Positions 1-13,400 of a stretch of DNA of 64,000 bases are shown here, one piece after another (within the stretch, counting starts at the first letter, position 1; each line of letters starts with the position of its first letter). The stretch spans positions 786,335 to 850,334 of the forward strand of contig NMRA01000039.1 in assembly GCA_002633005.1 (NCBI GenBank). Direction: 5' to 3'. The notes below the pieces were generated by a model. It did no database searches. It saw only the letters and a program-made list of their open reading frames with translations, and was not told the DNA's origin. Position numbers and translations under genes: made by a program. This DNA is from Phoronis australis (Eukaryota; Animalia; Phoronida).

Positions 1-3000
1 GGGAACACCTTTCCCAAACATGCGTTGCAATCTCAGTAGTTAGTGGGAACAAGTGTCCCTCCATACCATACACGTGACCAACACAGTTGACCAACAGAGT
101 GCGCCTCTGTATGACTTTCACCAGACAGCGAATGAAGTAAAAAAGTACCCAAAACGCAATAAAACGAATTTGCGGTACTGAGAAAGAACAGCTGAACGGC
201 TCACTTAACATTTTTTGAAGATTACCAATAAAGATGATTAATTTGGCAAAAATAGACAATACTGCTTTTAATTTGCTTTGGTGAATCCCGCCCACACAAA
301 TCATCCCCATGCTAGTGAAAGCCACACAAAAAATGACTTGTAATTATTTTAATGCATACAAACACATGCCTTAGGTTACAAAAGTACTGGATTAAAAACA
401 TATAGCTTAGAGCCGGATCCCGGCAGGAAAAAATGGAATGGGACAGAGGTGGTTAATTTCTATTAGGGAAGTTTTGGCATTGAGAGGGTGGAAAACTTTG
501 CCCCGTTAATTCTCCCCCACCCCTGGCTCAGCACAATGAATTATACCCATGATAACGACAAGGGCAAATCGCACTACAGCACACAACCTCAGTATTGTTG
601 AGCAATGATTTCCATGCGAAAATGCACCAATCAGAAGTTATCAAGTGAATCAAAAACGTTTGAAGTGTCCGCCAACCCAGCTCTATTGAACCACTATATT
701 GCCAAGACAGCCTGCCTTGAGAGAGACAAACATAGAAATGTAATATTAGACCCAGAAGGGTGTCCCTCTTAGGTCCCAGGTACAACAGCTTCTCTATTTT
801 CTCCCTCTCAAATATCCTGGGCTGGTGGACACTCCACACACAACATACTATAAACACAAGTCCACACCTCCAACTAGTGAGCACAGGGGGTCTAATTTAA
901 AAAGAAAGATACTTTATCTAATTCCATGCACTAAATTAACTGATGCAACACCTACTAAATCTTAACACTACAACTTACGAGTCCTCTGATACCACACAGT
1001 TAGCTTGTACATGCACTCACCAACCATGCTTTTTCCCATGATGGCCAATTCCAAATGGGTCCATTAAGTAGTCTGAGATCATTCATTAACAAAAACTTAC
1101 ATGAGCCGACATGGACATCAGATGAACGTCAGATAAGAAAAACCACAGCTTTTAAACCAGCCCCCCACCTATTCTGTCCAAGAAGTCAACCTCTGATTTA
1201 GACTATATTACTGATGTAACACTGGTCTTCACTTGTTCCTTACTTATATGAGAAGTGATTTCTGGGTTTGCTCAGAACCAATAGTTTGTTATTCCAAGGC
1301 ACCCCACTCCTGGCATTACATGACAAGCCAACTTCTAGAGCCTGAGCTCAAACAACAAACTGTCAGCTCATTGGGAGCCAAGCAATCACCTCAAGGAAAA
1401 ATTTGAAACTAATGGTAATGGTCCGATATAACCTGCCCGAATTCTAAGAACCATTATTTTCCACAGAATAACGGGCATCAATCTGCCAAAGCAATTTCAT
1501 AAAGGTAAGTGGTCTAAATCCAATTTTTTTGAGATGGAAGGCAGGTATATAGTGGTTTCAAGTGCGCTACAATTTGTTCTCCCACACAGCACACAGTACA
1601 TACGGGAAATTGCTCAACAAAAAACAAATATTACATGTCCTCTCTTATCAGCACTGTTTGTACTGAACATCTGTCATCAACCAACATGTGGTAATATTTT
1701 GGTTATTTGCAATTACATAGCAAGCCCTTCTACTACAGAAAAATGTAAATTTTGGCAACGCTGGGTACAGCAATTGTTCAATGCCTTAGCACACAATATG
1801 GCTGCTATGTGGAATTCTGTTTTGTCAATTTTTTCAGAAAAATAAAAATCAATGAAATTTGAGTCCATTACCAGCATGGGTTGCACTTTGAGAATGTTAT
1901 AAAATAACTTTTGGTAGATTCTCCAATTAATTGCAGCAACGTGACTTGCCTTTGAAAAATGACAATTTTGGCAATTATTTTTAAATGCAACTATTTTCGT
2001 GCAAACTAGTGGCTACAGAATTACCATAACTGTGAATAAGGCAAGAATTACAGTAAATTCTTCCAGCATGAGAACTTAATACAGAAACAGACGTCATACT
2101 GTGAACCACAGCCTATACAGTGTTCAGAGAAAAAATGCCAGTAGCTTCACACCCAGCCTCTATTATCATCACAGTCTGGTCAACAACTCGAAAACGAGAT
2201 CCCTTTGGTCAATTTTTTTACCATACTAACCTACCACTCCATTTGAACGCGTAATTCAACATTTCAAATAGCGACTTATTTTTGTACTTTTTCCAAGACA
2301 AATAATTATTCAATTGTTTCTCAATATTTCAATTGCCTGCTGTTCCCTTTTGGATAATCTTGATGATACCAAAATAGCAGTGCAGTTGTACTGAAGATGA
2401 AACTAGAGCATTCGGCTAGAGTGACATTGTGAGCAGAGGGAATGACGATGATGACCAACGTTTATCATCAGGATTACGACTTGATGACGCCAGTTTAGGC
2501 TGTAAAAGCATGTTTTTATGTTCAGCTGATTTAAAAACACCGGTTGACCTCATCCTTGATTGACCAATAATGTATCAAATGTCAGAGTTGCGCACAATGC
2601 TAATAGAGGCTAGATGCGAGACAACGCCAGTGGCATGAGTCTATATGCAAAAGCACAGACCAAGAAATCCATGCAAACTTAAAATCCACAAAATTTTGTA
2701 CAATTCTACCATCCTACATAGCTGGTTGTTCTGTTACTATAGACACGTTTATCTCACTCAATCTATATATGTATACCCTGCTGTTAAATCCATACTCTTA
2801 GACATTTCACCTTAACCTCAGTCAGCAATATTTAAACTGAATTGGAACAAACCTTCACAATATGCAGACCCTGACTAGGTTTCTTTTTATTTGGCAATTA
2901 TCTTGTTTTATTTTCTCAGAGTTTAAATGCAAGTTAACAATAGATTCACTGTGTTAATTACAATTACTGTAGCTACAGAAACAAAAAAGAATTAATTCAG

Positions 3001-3623
3001 ACAAGTGCTTATCTTACACAGGAAAATATTCAGCAATTTGTCGTGATGTAGCATACATACACTGATATGGCACCGTGTAGATTTTGAACATTTCTGACTA
3101 AAAACACAGCACAGTGTAAATAATTTGTAATAAGAAAACTTGAAGCATTTGAGCACGCAGTTTGGCTTGAAAAACATAGCCATCAACATGAAGGCCAAAC
3201 AGCAACAAACTTGTACAACAAACATGTTTTGCTTGGAAAATAATGTAGAATGCGCAGTTAAAAACTCTGAAAAACACTTATTGCTCAATGGACAACCAAT
3301 CATGAGAAAATAAACCACCAGAAAACGACGAGTGCGCATAAATAACGACAATAACAGGGCACCCGTTCTCTCTGTACACTAAAGAAATAACGCAATATGA
3401 TTTAAGTAATTCCCGCAACAACAACAACAACAATAACATAATCAATAAGTAAATCGATACTCTAATAAATGACATAGTTGTAATAACTTACATTGACAAG
3501 AATAAACGAAAGAACGGTCACAAAATAACTAGGCTTTGTTTACGGATGGGTTGCGGAATCCCTCGTCAACCTTGGCACTTCTCAGTTCACTCGACGGAAA
3601 TGCGCAAAAAATGTGACACTACT

Positions 3624-4426
3624 TCACAACTCAGGTGAATCCAGCTCGCTCATCTGAGTGACATCACTTTTCAGTAACGCATCGCCATTCGGTTTATCAA
3701 TCACGAGACTAGTGAGGTCATCGCCAATCTTACTCATACTCGGCTTTCGATCTGCAGACTCGCCAACGCAGCACCCATTCGGAATGATATCACCATTGAC
3801 CTTAGTGCCCTCTTTTGACGAGGCCTTCCTATCGGAACGATTGCGAGGCTTACGCTGTGGTTGTGCTGGGGCCATCTTGGTACTGTTCATGTTCGCATCT
3901 TTGTCATCGTGGCCATTCACCATATTGGTCACATGATCACCCGAGTCAGCACTAACATTCAGTTTGATGTTATCCTCCTGACCAATGACAGGGGTTCTTT
4001 TCGAGTCTTTAGTTTCTGACCATTGTCCAACCGACAGTACCTTGCTGTCATCTACTCCAGTGACCCCTACTGGTGATCCACTAGCTTTAGTGCTTACATC
4101 CTCAGATGCCTGATTCGACAACTGATCTCCTGGAGGCAGTGCAGTCTCCTTTTGACGGGGGCGCCGGTTGTTGGATTTTGTGCTATTGTCTCTTTGACCA
4201 ACGGAACTTTGCTCGTTCAACTTCCCTCGAGAATCAACAGTCTTTCCTGGTGCCTGAGGATTTGAAAGCCCAGATCGACTTCCAGAATTCTTATGCGCAA
4301 AACTCTGTCCCCTGCCAGGGTTCCGACTATAACTGTGCTCAGCGGTCCCTCCACCATTTTGTTTGGCCTGTTTATCAAACTCACGTTGCTTTTGACGACG
4401 ATGCGCACTTCGGCTCTTTGGCTGAC
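3624..4426 (-). CDS. SPATS2: SPATS2-like terminal coding exon, ~267 aa basic/low-complexity tail ([17 protein letters not shown]...SPEL*)
   Basis: Longest ORF in the window; gtttcag acceptor; R/K/N/G-rich like the SPATS2 C-terminus; AT-rich UTR-like sequence follows, with minus-strand AATAAA near 2886-2891. Confidence 0.8.
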
Positions 4427-7400
4427 CTGAAACATGAATCATCACTCGTTTCACACAAAGGGAGCTACTTAGCAGAGAGGAGTGACAAGAGAAATTTCTC
4501 AACAATTAATTCACTAAGGACATAAAAGAAAACCCTGATTAAGGCTCTGAAATATCCCAACTAAACTTAAAACCAACTGGATGATCGTAAATGCCAAGGT
4601 AACATATAAACTCAAACCACTGATTCAAGCTAGCTCTTACACTCATAACCAACACCTGATTTCAGTATTCGTCAAAATGGAGAGGGAGTTAACTGAATCT
4701 GTGAATGATTTTTATTTCCAAACAAAAGTGATGCCAAAACCACGAGTTCCAGATATTTGTCATTCTGCCACCAACAGTTGCACAGAGGTCAGCCACTGTG
4801 ATGACTGTAATTCAAATTTACATTAAAACAAAATCTAAAAGATGCCAAACATTCGTTCATGGCGATTTTCAATGTCAAAGATACCATGAGCTGCTCCCTC
4901 ACTCAAATATCTCAAAATTCTTCTGGGGGTACTTAGATCAAAATTAAGAATTCTAAATGGGTTATGATATAAATGCAGGTCAAGTCAGCCTACTAGGCAA
5001 TGAGTGCAGACAGTGCTATCATTAGTAGTCATCTCTGTTCTCATGTTCCCAAACAAAGAAGCAGCTCATCAACCTAAACAAATTCCTGGTATACCCTAAT
5101 GAGATCCCAGACTTTAATGATTAGTGCTAGTTAATGAGATAACTTATATAAATGATTTCTAGCCTGTGATGCTCTCATAATTACAAGGTTAAACATTTTT
5201 TTTTAGCAATTTTGAATTGAGAGTACAAGATCAAACTTCTGTCTTAAGTCCTTCGTCATTTTCATGAGACACGCTCCGGGACTTTTCAAGAACTCGGATC
5301 AAACATTATAGCTAAATTTGGTCAATGATAAAGGTTATTCATGAAAAGCAACATGGCTGTAACATGGCAAAATAGGCCAGTGCCCTACCCAAACACTAGA
5401 TGGAGTTGCCACTACCTGATCCCAGCCATTTAGTGGCTCAACTCTTAAATGCAAACAAAAGCTACCATGCCGTGAATAATGCGCTTAAGTCACGCATTTC
5501 TAAAGATATGCGTGACTTTTCATCATTCGTCCTTCTGAGCGACTTTTACCAGGATCAAAGAGAGCGCGGCACCAGAGTCGGACTCAGTTGCGATGACCGC
5601 ATTGTCTGATGCGAGCAAGACCCAATTAAGTGTAATTACCCGACCATAAACTGTAGTAAACATCTCTGCCTGGCGAATTTTCAAAATGCATTAACCAATG
5701 GTTTTCGTTAAAAACAAATACCACAGCACTATTCAGATGGAAAAAAAAAATAAGTTTGGTTTTCGATTTTTAAAAATCGATAACTATTAAGCTAAAAACT
5801 ACAAACATTGGGTACGACTGAAGATAAACGACTGTGCGTATTGATATACTCGGTGGATTTACAACCACTGATCAGAGTTAACAATATGGCGTGGATTATT
5901 CTTTTAATATACAACTAAGCTACATTGAAACATCTACAAACAACACACAGTGACTAAATTAGATGCCAATAACTTTTAAAACATCGCTTATGGTCCAGGG
6001 CATGCCGAACTACTTTACTCGAGGAGTAATACAATAACTGGACAACTGATATTTGCGGAAATGCGCAAATTTCAATAGTTAGTTTGTAGTTGTAATGGAA
6101 CACATGTGAAGACAAGAAGATGGATAGCTTTGTAGTCAACGAGAGAGAGCAAACAGTGGGTGAGGTTGGTCGCTGGGCAAGAGCTGTGATTTCATTTTTT
6201 ATGACTGAGGAAAAGCTAGAATAGTTATGTAGTTACTGCAACCAAAATTCATCCAGAGGTTCCAAATCCTCAATTTGGCTATCACCATATTAGCGGTTTT
6301 GATTTGAGTCCTAATAAAGATTGAACTTGAACTATTGACATGTGCAGTTTTGTTTGCTGTAATCTGGAAAGTCAGGGATGGGTTCACAATTAACTGACTT
6401 CTAAGTTGTTTTGATACTTGCTTTAAAAACAAAATAAGAAGATTGCAACCCTAACCGGTAAGAAAAAAACAAGTAGACAGGAGTATTAAAAATAAAGCAA
6501 TGAAAACATGTATGAAACATATTCAAAACCAACGTTCTATTGGGATCGAAGAGGTCCTTTGTCAAGATCACCACAAATTAACTTTTTAGTCTTTTTGTAA
6601 TATTTAAAATGTACCAAGTTAAAACTACTCTCCACATTGCACACTTTAACTCTGTGCAAATGCCAGTGAAAACCATTTCCATGTAATAACACTGTTGTTA
6701 AGAAAGTAGTGCTAGCTACTACCTTCCACTTCATCACCTCAGATCTACATCAATACAAAGAGCGTGTTGAATAGCCATGGTAAAGGTTGTCTGGGGCTTA
6801 GGGAACCAGAGCCCATGACCAGTATAATCCAGAAATTTTCCACATGACAAAGCATAAATGCAACAAAGCTACAAAGCAAAAACAAGTAGGCCAATACCTG
6901 CATTTTGGGAGCCCGTCTTGGACTTTTCAACATCACTTTTACCTGGGGCTCTCTGTGGGGGGGACGGTTGTCGTTTAACCTGAAACAAGAGTCGTCCAAA
7001 CAATAGAAACACAACGTCCACAAGGTGGCTGGGCTATGATTTCTAGGTGAAGCCTGTCAACTGTCATGATGGAAAGGTGCTATACCATTTCACAACATTG
7101 TGAGCACATTCAAAAAATGCAGTCCAATTTTTTCTCAAATATGAGCGAGACGACTGTAGCATTATGAATGTTATGGTTATTTCAAAACTTTTAAAAAATT
7201 GATATTTGAACAGATCTCAGTGTCATTTCACTTCAATGCCAGCCTACCAATGTCACACGAAATTGAAACTTATTAACGCAAAACAATCAGAAACTGCAAG
7301 CACCCATGCCAAAATAGGAAAAACAAATCAATTATACTTGGGCGTGGAAACCTGCCTCATTCTTTACCTATCACAGCACATGCTGAGTGGATTCACATGT

Positions 7401-10400
7401 CGCCTGTCAATTTTTGTAACATAATAATTCCGAGCAAGAGCTACTAAGGCAGTGCCTGTATTGTTCATTTCAAAACTTGAAGTTTTATGAATTTAATTAA
7501 AGTCCCAACAACTAATTTCACCCGAAACCAAACACTTCAAGAGGCTCACCCAGAAACAGAAAACTCAGTCTTTGAAGACCTACTTAACATCACATGTAAC
7601 CCAGTTTTTAAGTAAAAATAGATCAAAGGTCATGCCAAGGGTCAGCTTTGAGAAAACTGGATGAGATAACCACAGGCAAAACATTTGGAAAAAACAAACA
7701 AGACTGGTCAATACCAGCAAGCAGCGTTAATAAGTGATATGGTAACCCATGCCTAATTCTGGGGTCAAATATTGCCCCTCCACCCCGACATTGCCCAACG
7801 AAAAATATTCAAAGAGCACACAATATTCCTGACATCAAGTCCAAAATTCCGCTCCTGCTGAACAACGTCAGTTTTGGTAATTACTTGAGGCATCGTTGAT
7901 GAGGGGTGGGAGCCGCGCAGGAGAAGTTGCAATGACCCAAGGTATATCTGTAAATTTATTTATCATGCAAAGCCATTTAAAAGGAGATAGGAACAGAGTA
8001 TATATTGCAGGCAGTCTGGTACACCGTGTGGTACACATAGTACCAGACATGTGCAGGCCACTTGAGTGGGTCCATTGCACTGATCACCATTTTAATGCTT
8101 TATTAATATATCGATAAAACCGAGCTGAGGAGCTAGAGACCTGACTCAAGGGTTTGGCAGTGTGGCCCAGTGGGACTCGAACAGACACCATCCTTGAATA
8201 AAGGAAGCAGACACTTATCATACTAGGCCAAACTGCTTCCTAACAGAGTTTAATTTCCACATAGATTTACTCTTAGGCTACCTTGTGTTTATACTTATAT
8301 TTTGTAACCTATTGTACCAAGGGCTGACAGCCTAGTTTACTGAAATAAACTATACAATACATACACATCTATACATATATATATATATACATAAATACAT
8401 ATACATATATAAATATATATACTGTTAGTGGTACTATGTAACACTTGTTGTGCAAACTTAGCCAAACAAAATTCACAAATTACATTTTATAAAATCTCTG
8501 TTTGCAGTTTTATACTTCATTGCTCTTGTGATATTGTGCAAGTTTGAATAATGTTTGTCACTACTGAGATAGGTACTCAAGTATCACTTTGCCTCAATAA
8601 CAGTTGCCAACAACAATTCAAGTGCAGTCATTGCAGAGGCTAATTGTCATAACAATGATTTAATACCAGATTAGTGTTCAGCTAAGGAGTGTGGATCTGC
8701 CTAATTAGTGAACTTGCAAATTAATTATGGACATCTAGAAAATTAGTCCCTAGGATGGCTGCTGTGACCATGAGCATAACAGACATAATAACACGAGAAT
8801 TAATGATATTAATGAGGGATTTTCCAGATGGAGAAATGTAACCTTTAAAGTTGCACAATTCTAATGCCATGGTCGCATATCAGGGGAAGCTAGATCAGTC
8901 CAGCCAATTGAATTCGATCGCGATGTATAATAGCCTGATTGGGCAATTTTTGTCATATCAATCGTAGCGATTGGTGACTTTTGACGATGACATACAGAGG
9001 GCGGTTCCAATAATCTCCTGATCAATGGCCGACACTCAGTCAATACGACCATTTTTCTTCCGCAAACTCATTGGATCTGTGAGCACGGGTCAATCTGCCA
9101 GATGAGTCACACTTAAACTTGCTAAATGGCCTCTGTGTTCGGAGCCTGCAAGTCCAGTTATCCGATATGAGCGTTTAATAATTCACACTCCATCCCGATT
9201 TCCATTAATGACACATGTTTGCACGCAGCCAAGTGCTTCGAGGGTAACTTGTGAAGACTTTGTGTGTGTTCATTGCCTTAGCTTTTAACCGATTTTATGA
9301 ACATTTTATATTATAATTGACACTAAAGGACAAATGTTCAAGATTACTACCTTCCCGATAGCTTGCAATGGGAAACAACACTGATGCAACATATAACACA
9401 ATTATCAACTCCTCATATAAGTGAATACATCAGAGACCTCGCCAACCGTACAAACTCCACAGCTATGCTCACTGTAACTCATTGGGAAAAAAAAATTAAT
9501 GAATGAGTTAGGAACAACACTCAAGTTCAATTATTTCGGCAGCGTCAAAGCTCATTTTATTCATGGATGTTACTTGAAAACCCACTATCTGTTACTTTCC
9601 CAGCTTTTGAACTAAACCTCGTCATCTGACGCACGCAATTTAACTCGAAGTAAATTGCAGGAAATGTGCATGAATTCAGTCAACCGATCAATAAATTCCA
9701 TATTCATTTGTTAATTCATATTCTAGGATTTCGCACAAAAATAGCGATGTCAGTGTACTGATTAGTTTGTGTGGTAGTCGAAAAGAAAAAAAGAAATTAC
9801 TGGGTTTTTGAATGTCCAGGTAAATGCCAAAGCCTAAAAATTAACACATTCGGTAACACACGTCACTTGCCAGAGAGTTCTAACAAAAAAATAGTGACTT
9901 GCAGATCGTAAATAGTGAGTTTACGACCCATAATTCATTGAAGCTCACCATTCATGCAACTTAAATCTTGAGCTTGCTCACGTGACTGCATTAAACTTGC
10001 AAGAAATTCGCAACACAATACTGACCAAAAAATGACAGTATTTTCATCAATTTTCCACATGGCCATGTTGTCATTCATCATCCCGGAGATTCACATACGG
10101 GCCTGTATTAGAATGTGTGCTAAGCAATTGAATAATAAGTCCTAAAGGCAAAATTTTTGATCAATTTGAATATTAATTGGCATGAAATGAACAATTGATG
10201 TGTTTCCTTGATTATCCACGTATTTTGCACTAAATTAAACGGCCAGTCATCGCTGATTCCAATATGCTGGAGACACAGTGAAAGCCAAATTCGTTGCGTC
10301 GATGATGTCATAGACTTCAGGAGGTGTGAGCGCCATATCAGGATTTTTTTTTGGCACTAAACGGGGTTCGTGATGGGGTTGCTTGTATTGTAAAAGGCCT

Positions 10401-13400
10401 ACTTCATTAACGACTGGGGTATGCTATGACACCGTATGTTGGTGTTTTAGATAAAAATAGTCATTTAGGCACCATAGCAGGCCTTTATGTCTGTATTCCT
10501 TAGCAACAAATGAATTGCGCAATAATAAAATAACATTGTTTTCTATGTACTCCTACTGACCTTTGCTTCGAAACTTCAATTAAATAACAAGATTTGGAAA
10601 TCAGAAAAAAACAATTCAAATTCAAATTCAAAAACAAGTAAATGGCAAAAAATTTCATAAAACAATAAACAATAATCAGTCCAATAGTGGTCTAGCAAAC
10701 GAAAGGTTACACACAGCTAAATGACACAAAAATCCATACAGGTGAACAAATAATCACTACGTCAGTACAGGTCGTTATTGTAAGATAATCCACATAAATC
10801 GTCATAATGAAATTAAATACAGGGAAAGGTGACGTTTACTTTTAAAATTATATGACATAATTATACAAGTAGCACCGTCCAAAATGCTGAGAGCTGCAAA
10901 ATCTACTAGATACCACAAGTATTGACAAAAGCAGTCAGCTGGGAGTTACGCTGTGAATCACTTCAATGGTTCAGAGCTGGGGTCCAGGTGTTAGCAGATG
11001 CTAATGTATTACTTAGTGAATTGGCAAAATAAAGCTATTTCAAACACATACCACCATAAGTCAACAAATCCATAAATGAACCCAAACGTTATTCCCAAAT
11101 ATCATGGGCGGTGCAGCACTGAAAAAAGTGGGGAGCTAAAGCCCCCTCAGCCCCCCTGTGCAACGCCAATAGACCATGTGCGGCGTAGCACTGGCTATAG
11201 CCCCCACAGCCCCCTATGGTCCACCGCACATGAATATGGCAATAAAAATCTGCTAGAGGGTGACCTCTGTGTTAACGAGGTACCTTGCTGGAGCGTACAC
11301 CTCACTTGGTGAAGTTTCATTATCCAAGCACATGTAAGAGTACTGAGTAGACATGTGTTCTTAAAATCATTTAGGAACTGCATAGACATACACCACGTCA
11401 TCACTCAAGAGGCAAGGGGGAAAATATGCCCATTTATGACACAGGGGTTAGACTCATGGTGATGTCAATGTGTGGTCTATAAGGATATATCTCCATCACA
11501 GTACATATATCTGGGAAACTGGTTCACCTTCTAGAGGAACCGTAAAGTTCAAAAACCGGGAGCCACTGTTCACGATTCCAAGATTTGATCATATTTCACT
11601 AGGCTTACCATACAAACAGGTACACAACAAAACAACAGTCCCACTCCATCACTGCCTGAACCTACCATTGACAATCAACACAGCGATGTAGTGCATTAGG
11701 ACATGATCACGACGTCAAGTGTCACACGTGGTCGTGTTTTGCAGGCGATGGGATTTACATTGTAAGCTTATATGCACTGCAGCGACAGAATTTACTCTAG
11801 CCTTAAAGCACTGGAGCTTCACACGATCGCCAGTCCTGGCAAGGAACAACAGGACAAGGAAGATCAGCAAATGGACACTGGTGACAGATTTTCTGCGGTT
11901 ACAACCCATTACCATGATGCCCTCGTTTGCACTGCCTATTGAACCTGCCTATAGCGCATGTAGGTGAAAATCCCTACACTGATGAAGCGTCAGCAGACAG
12001 CAAGTCAGTCTCTTGGATGCCATACAAGGTTATGATTTCAGTTAGTAGCTGGCAGATTTAAAAAAATAAAAAAGTTTGTTTTTGTTGAATTTTGCTGGTT
12101 TGAACAAAAATGTTAGTGCAAGGAAATAGGTCACTGCTATATTGTTTGTCACCGCGTGATGTTATCACTTCTGTCCCTATGTTTACGACCAGATAAAATC
12201 CCGCTTTATCAAGCCTCGCCAACTCTAACAATAGATCAGTCTTGGGTACACGAGGGATTGGAGCGTAAGAGTTTTGATGTTGTGACATAACACTTTCTTG
12301 GGGCTATGGGGTAAAAATGCACAGATTCATAAAGAAATGTGGGCAAAAGATGTGAGAATTTTACTAATGGTCTTTTATCAGAAGCCACATAGCTAATTCG
12401 AGTTATTTTTAACCGACGTGGCTCGACAAGTCAGTCCCAAACCCTCACTAAAAATATTGCATCAGACAAAATTAAGCTATTTTGGCCTAATAAGCCATCT
12501 CAACTCCCCGAGTAGCATGCGACTAAGGTGTGCAAACAACCTTGACGAGGGTTCACTGCATCCATTTCCCAGAAGGATGTAGTTTGGTAAGCCTACCTTA
12601 CGTGAATCCTGCAGCCTCTTTTGCAAGTCCGTGAGTTCCTCGTGGCTCACTTGTTGTACGTTGTACGTTTGACGTAGCACCTGCACTGCTGATGAACCTT
12701 GGGTAATGAAGAACAATCAAGTACAAGTCAAGCCTTTTTGGTATTCGTAAAACTTAGTGAAATTAAAGTGGCAAAATTGAGGTAAGTCCTCATCTATTTA
12801 GCAAAGGATATGGCGAACAAGTTAAATTTTCTTTGGTCAAATTTCTCGACAAAAATAAAGCTTAAGAAAACTTTACTCAATTATCAGCTTGTAGGCTGGT
12901 ATTAAGTAAAAAATCAATAGGTTTTCTACTAACAGAAAGTGCACATTTTTACTTAAAATCTAATTTTGCAGACATTTAGCTAAATACATAGACTTGTCAA
13001 TAAAGTCCAACGTAAAATTAAACAGATTATCACGCCAAGTTTGGGTCAACGCAAACATTAAGGGTAGCGACCACTCCTAGACTTTCAGTAACTTCACTTT
13101 TAGAACACATCACGTGTCCTTTTGTACTCAGCCTAATGCACCTAGGAGTTTTGAGTTTCTCAACACCCCAGGCCATAAGGTTATGTAAAACCCTAGAAAA
13201 ATGTCAAATTTGGTTAAGTTCGGACCATCATAACTCAAAAATGGCTGATTGGATGGATTCACATGAAACGCTTTATGTAGTGCTCTCCAAAAGACTGTTA
13301 GAAATTCATGTTATCGGTACTATTGTTTGGCTATCAATGTACCTTTCTTTTTCACTGAATTTAATCAAAAGGCATGGTCAGGTGATCTAATAAATGACAG

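Noticed and set aside
528-3475. ORFs 528..884, 1534..1845, 2992..3351 and 3278..3475
   Set aside because: No recognisable motifs; composition typical of UTR/intergenic sequence translated by chance.
3575-3626. TGA readthrough/selenocysteine at the SPATS2 stop
   Set aside because: Another stop follows shortly, the readthrough context is not CUAG-like, and no SECIS was recognised.
8120-8240. tRNA gene
   Set aside because: A/B boxes are present but there is no convincing cloverleaf or acceptor stem, and it continues into a SINE-like body.
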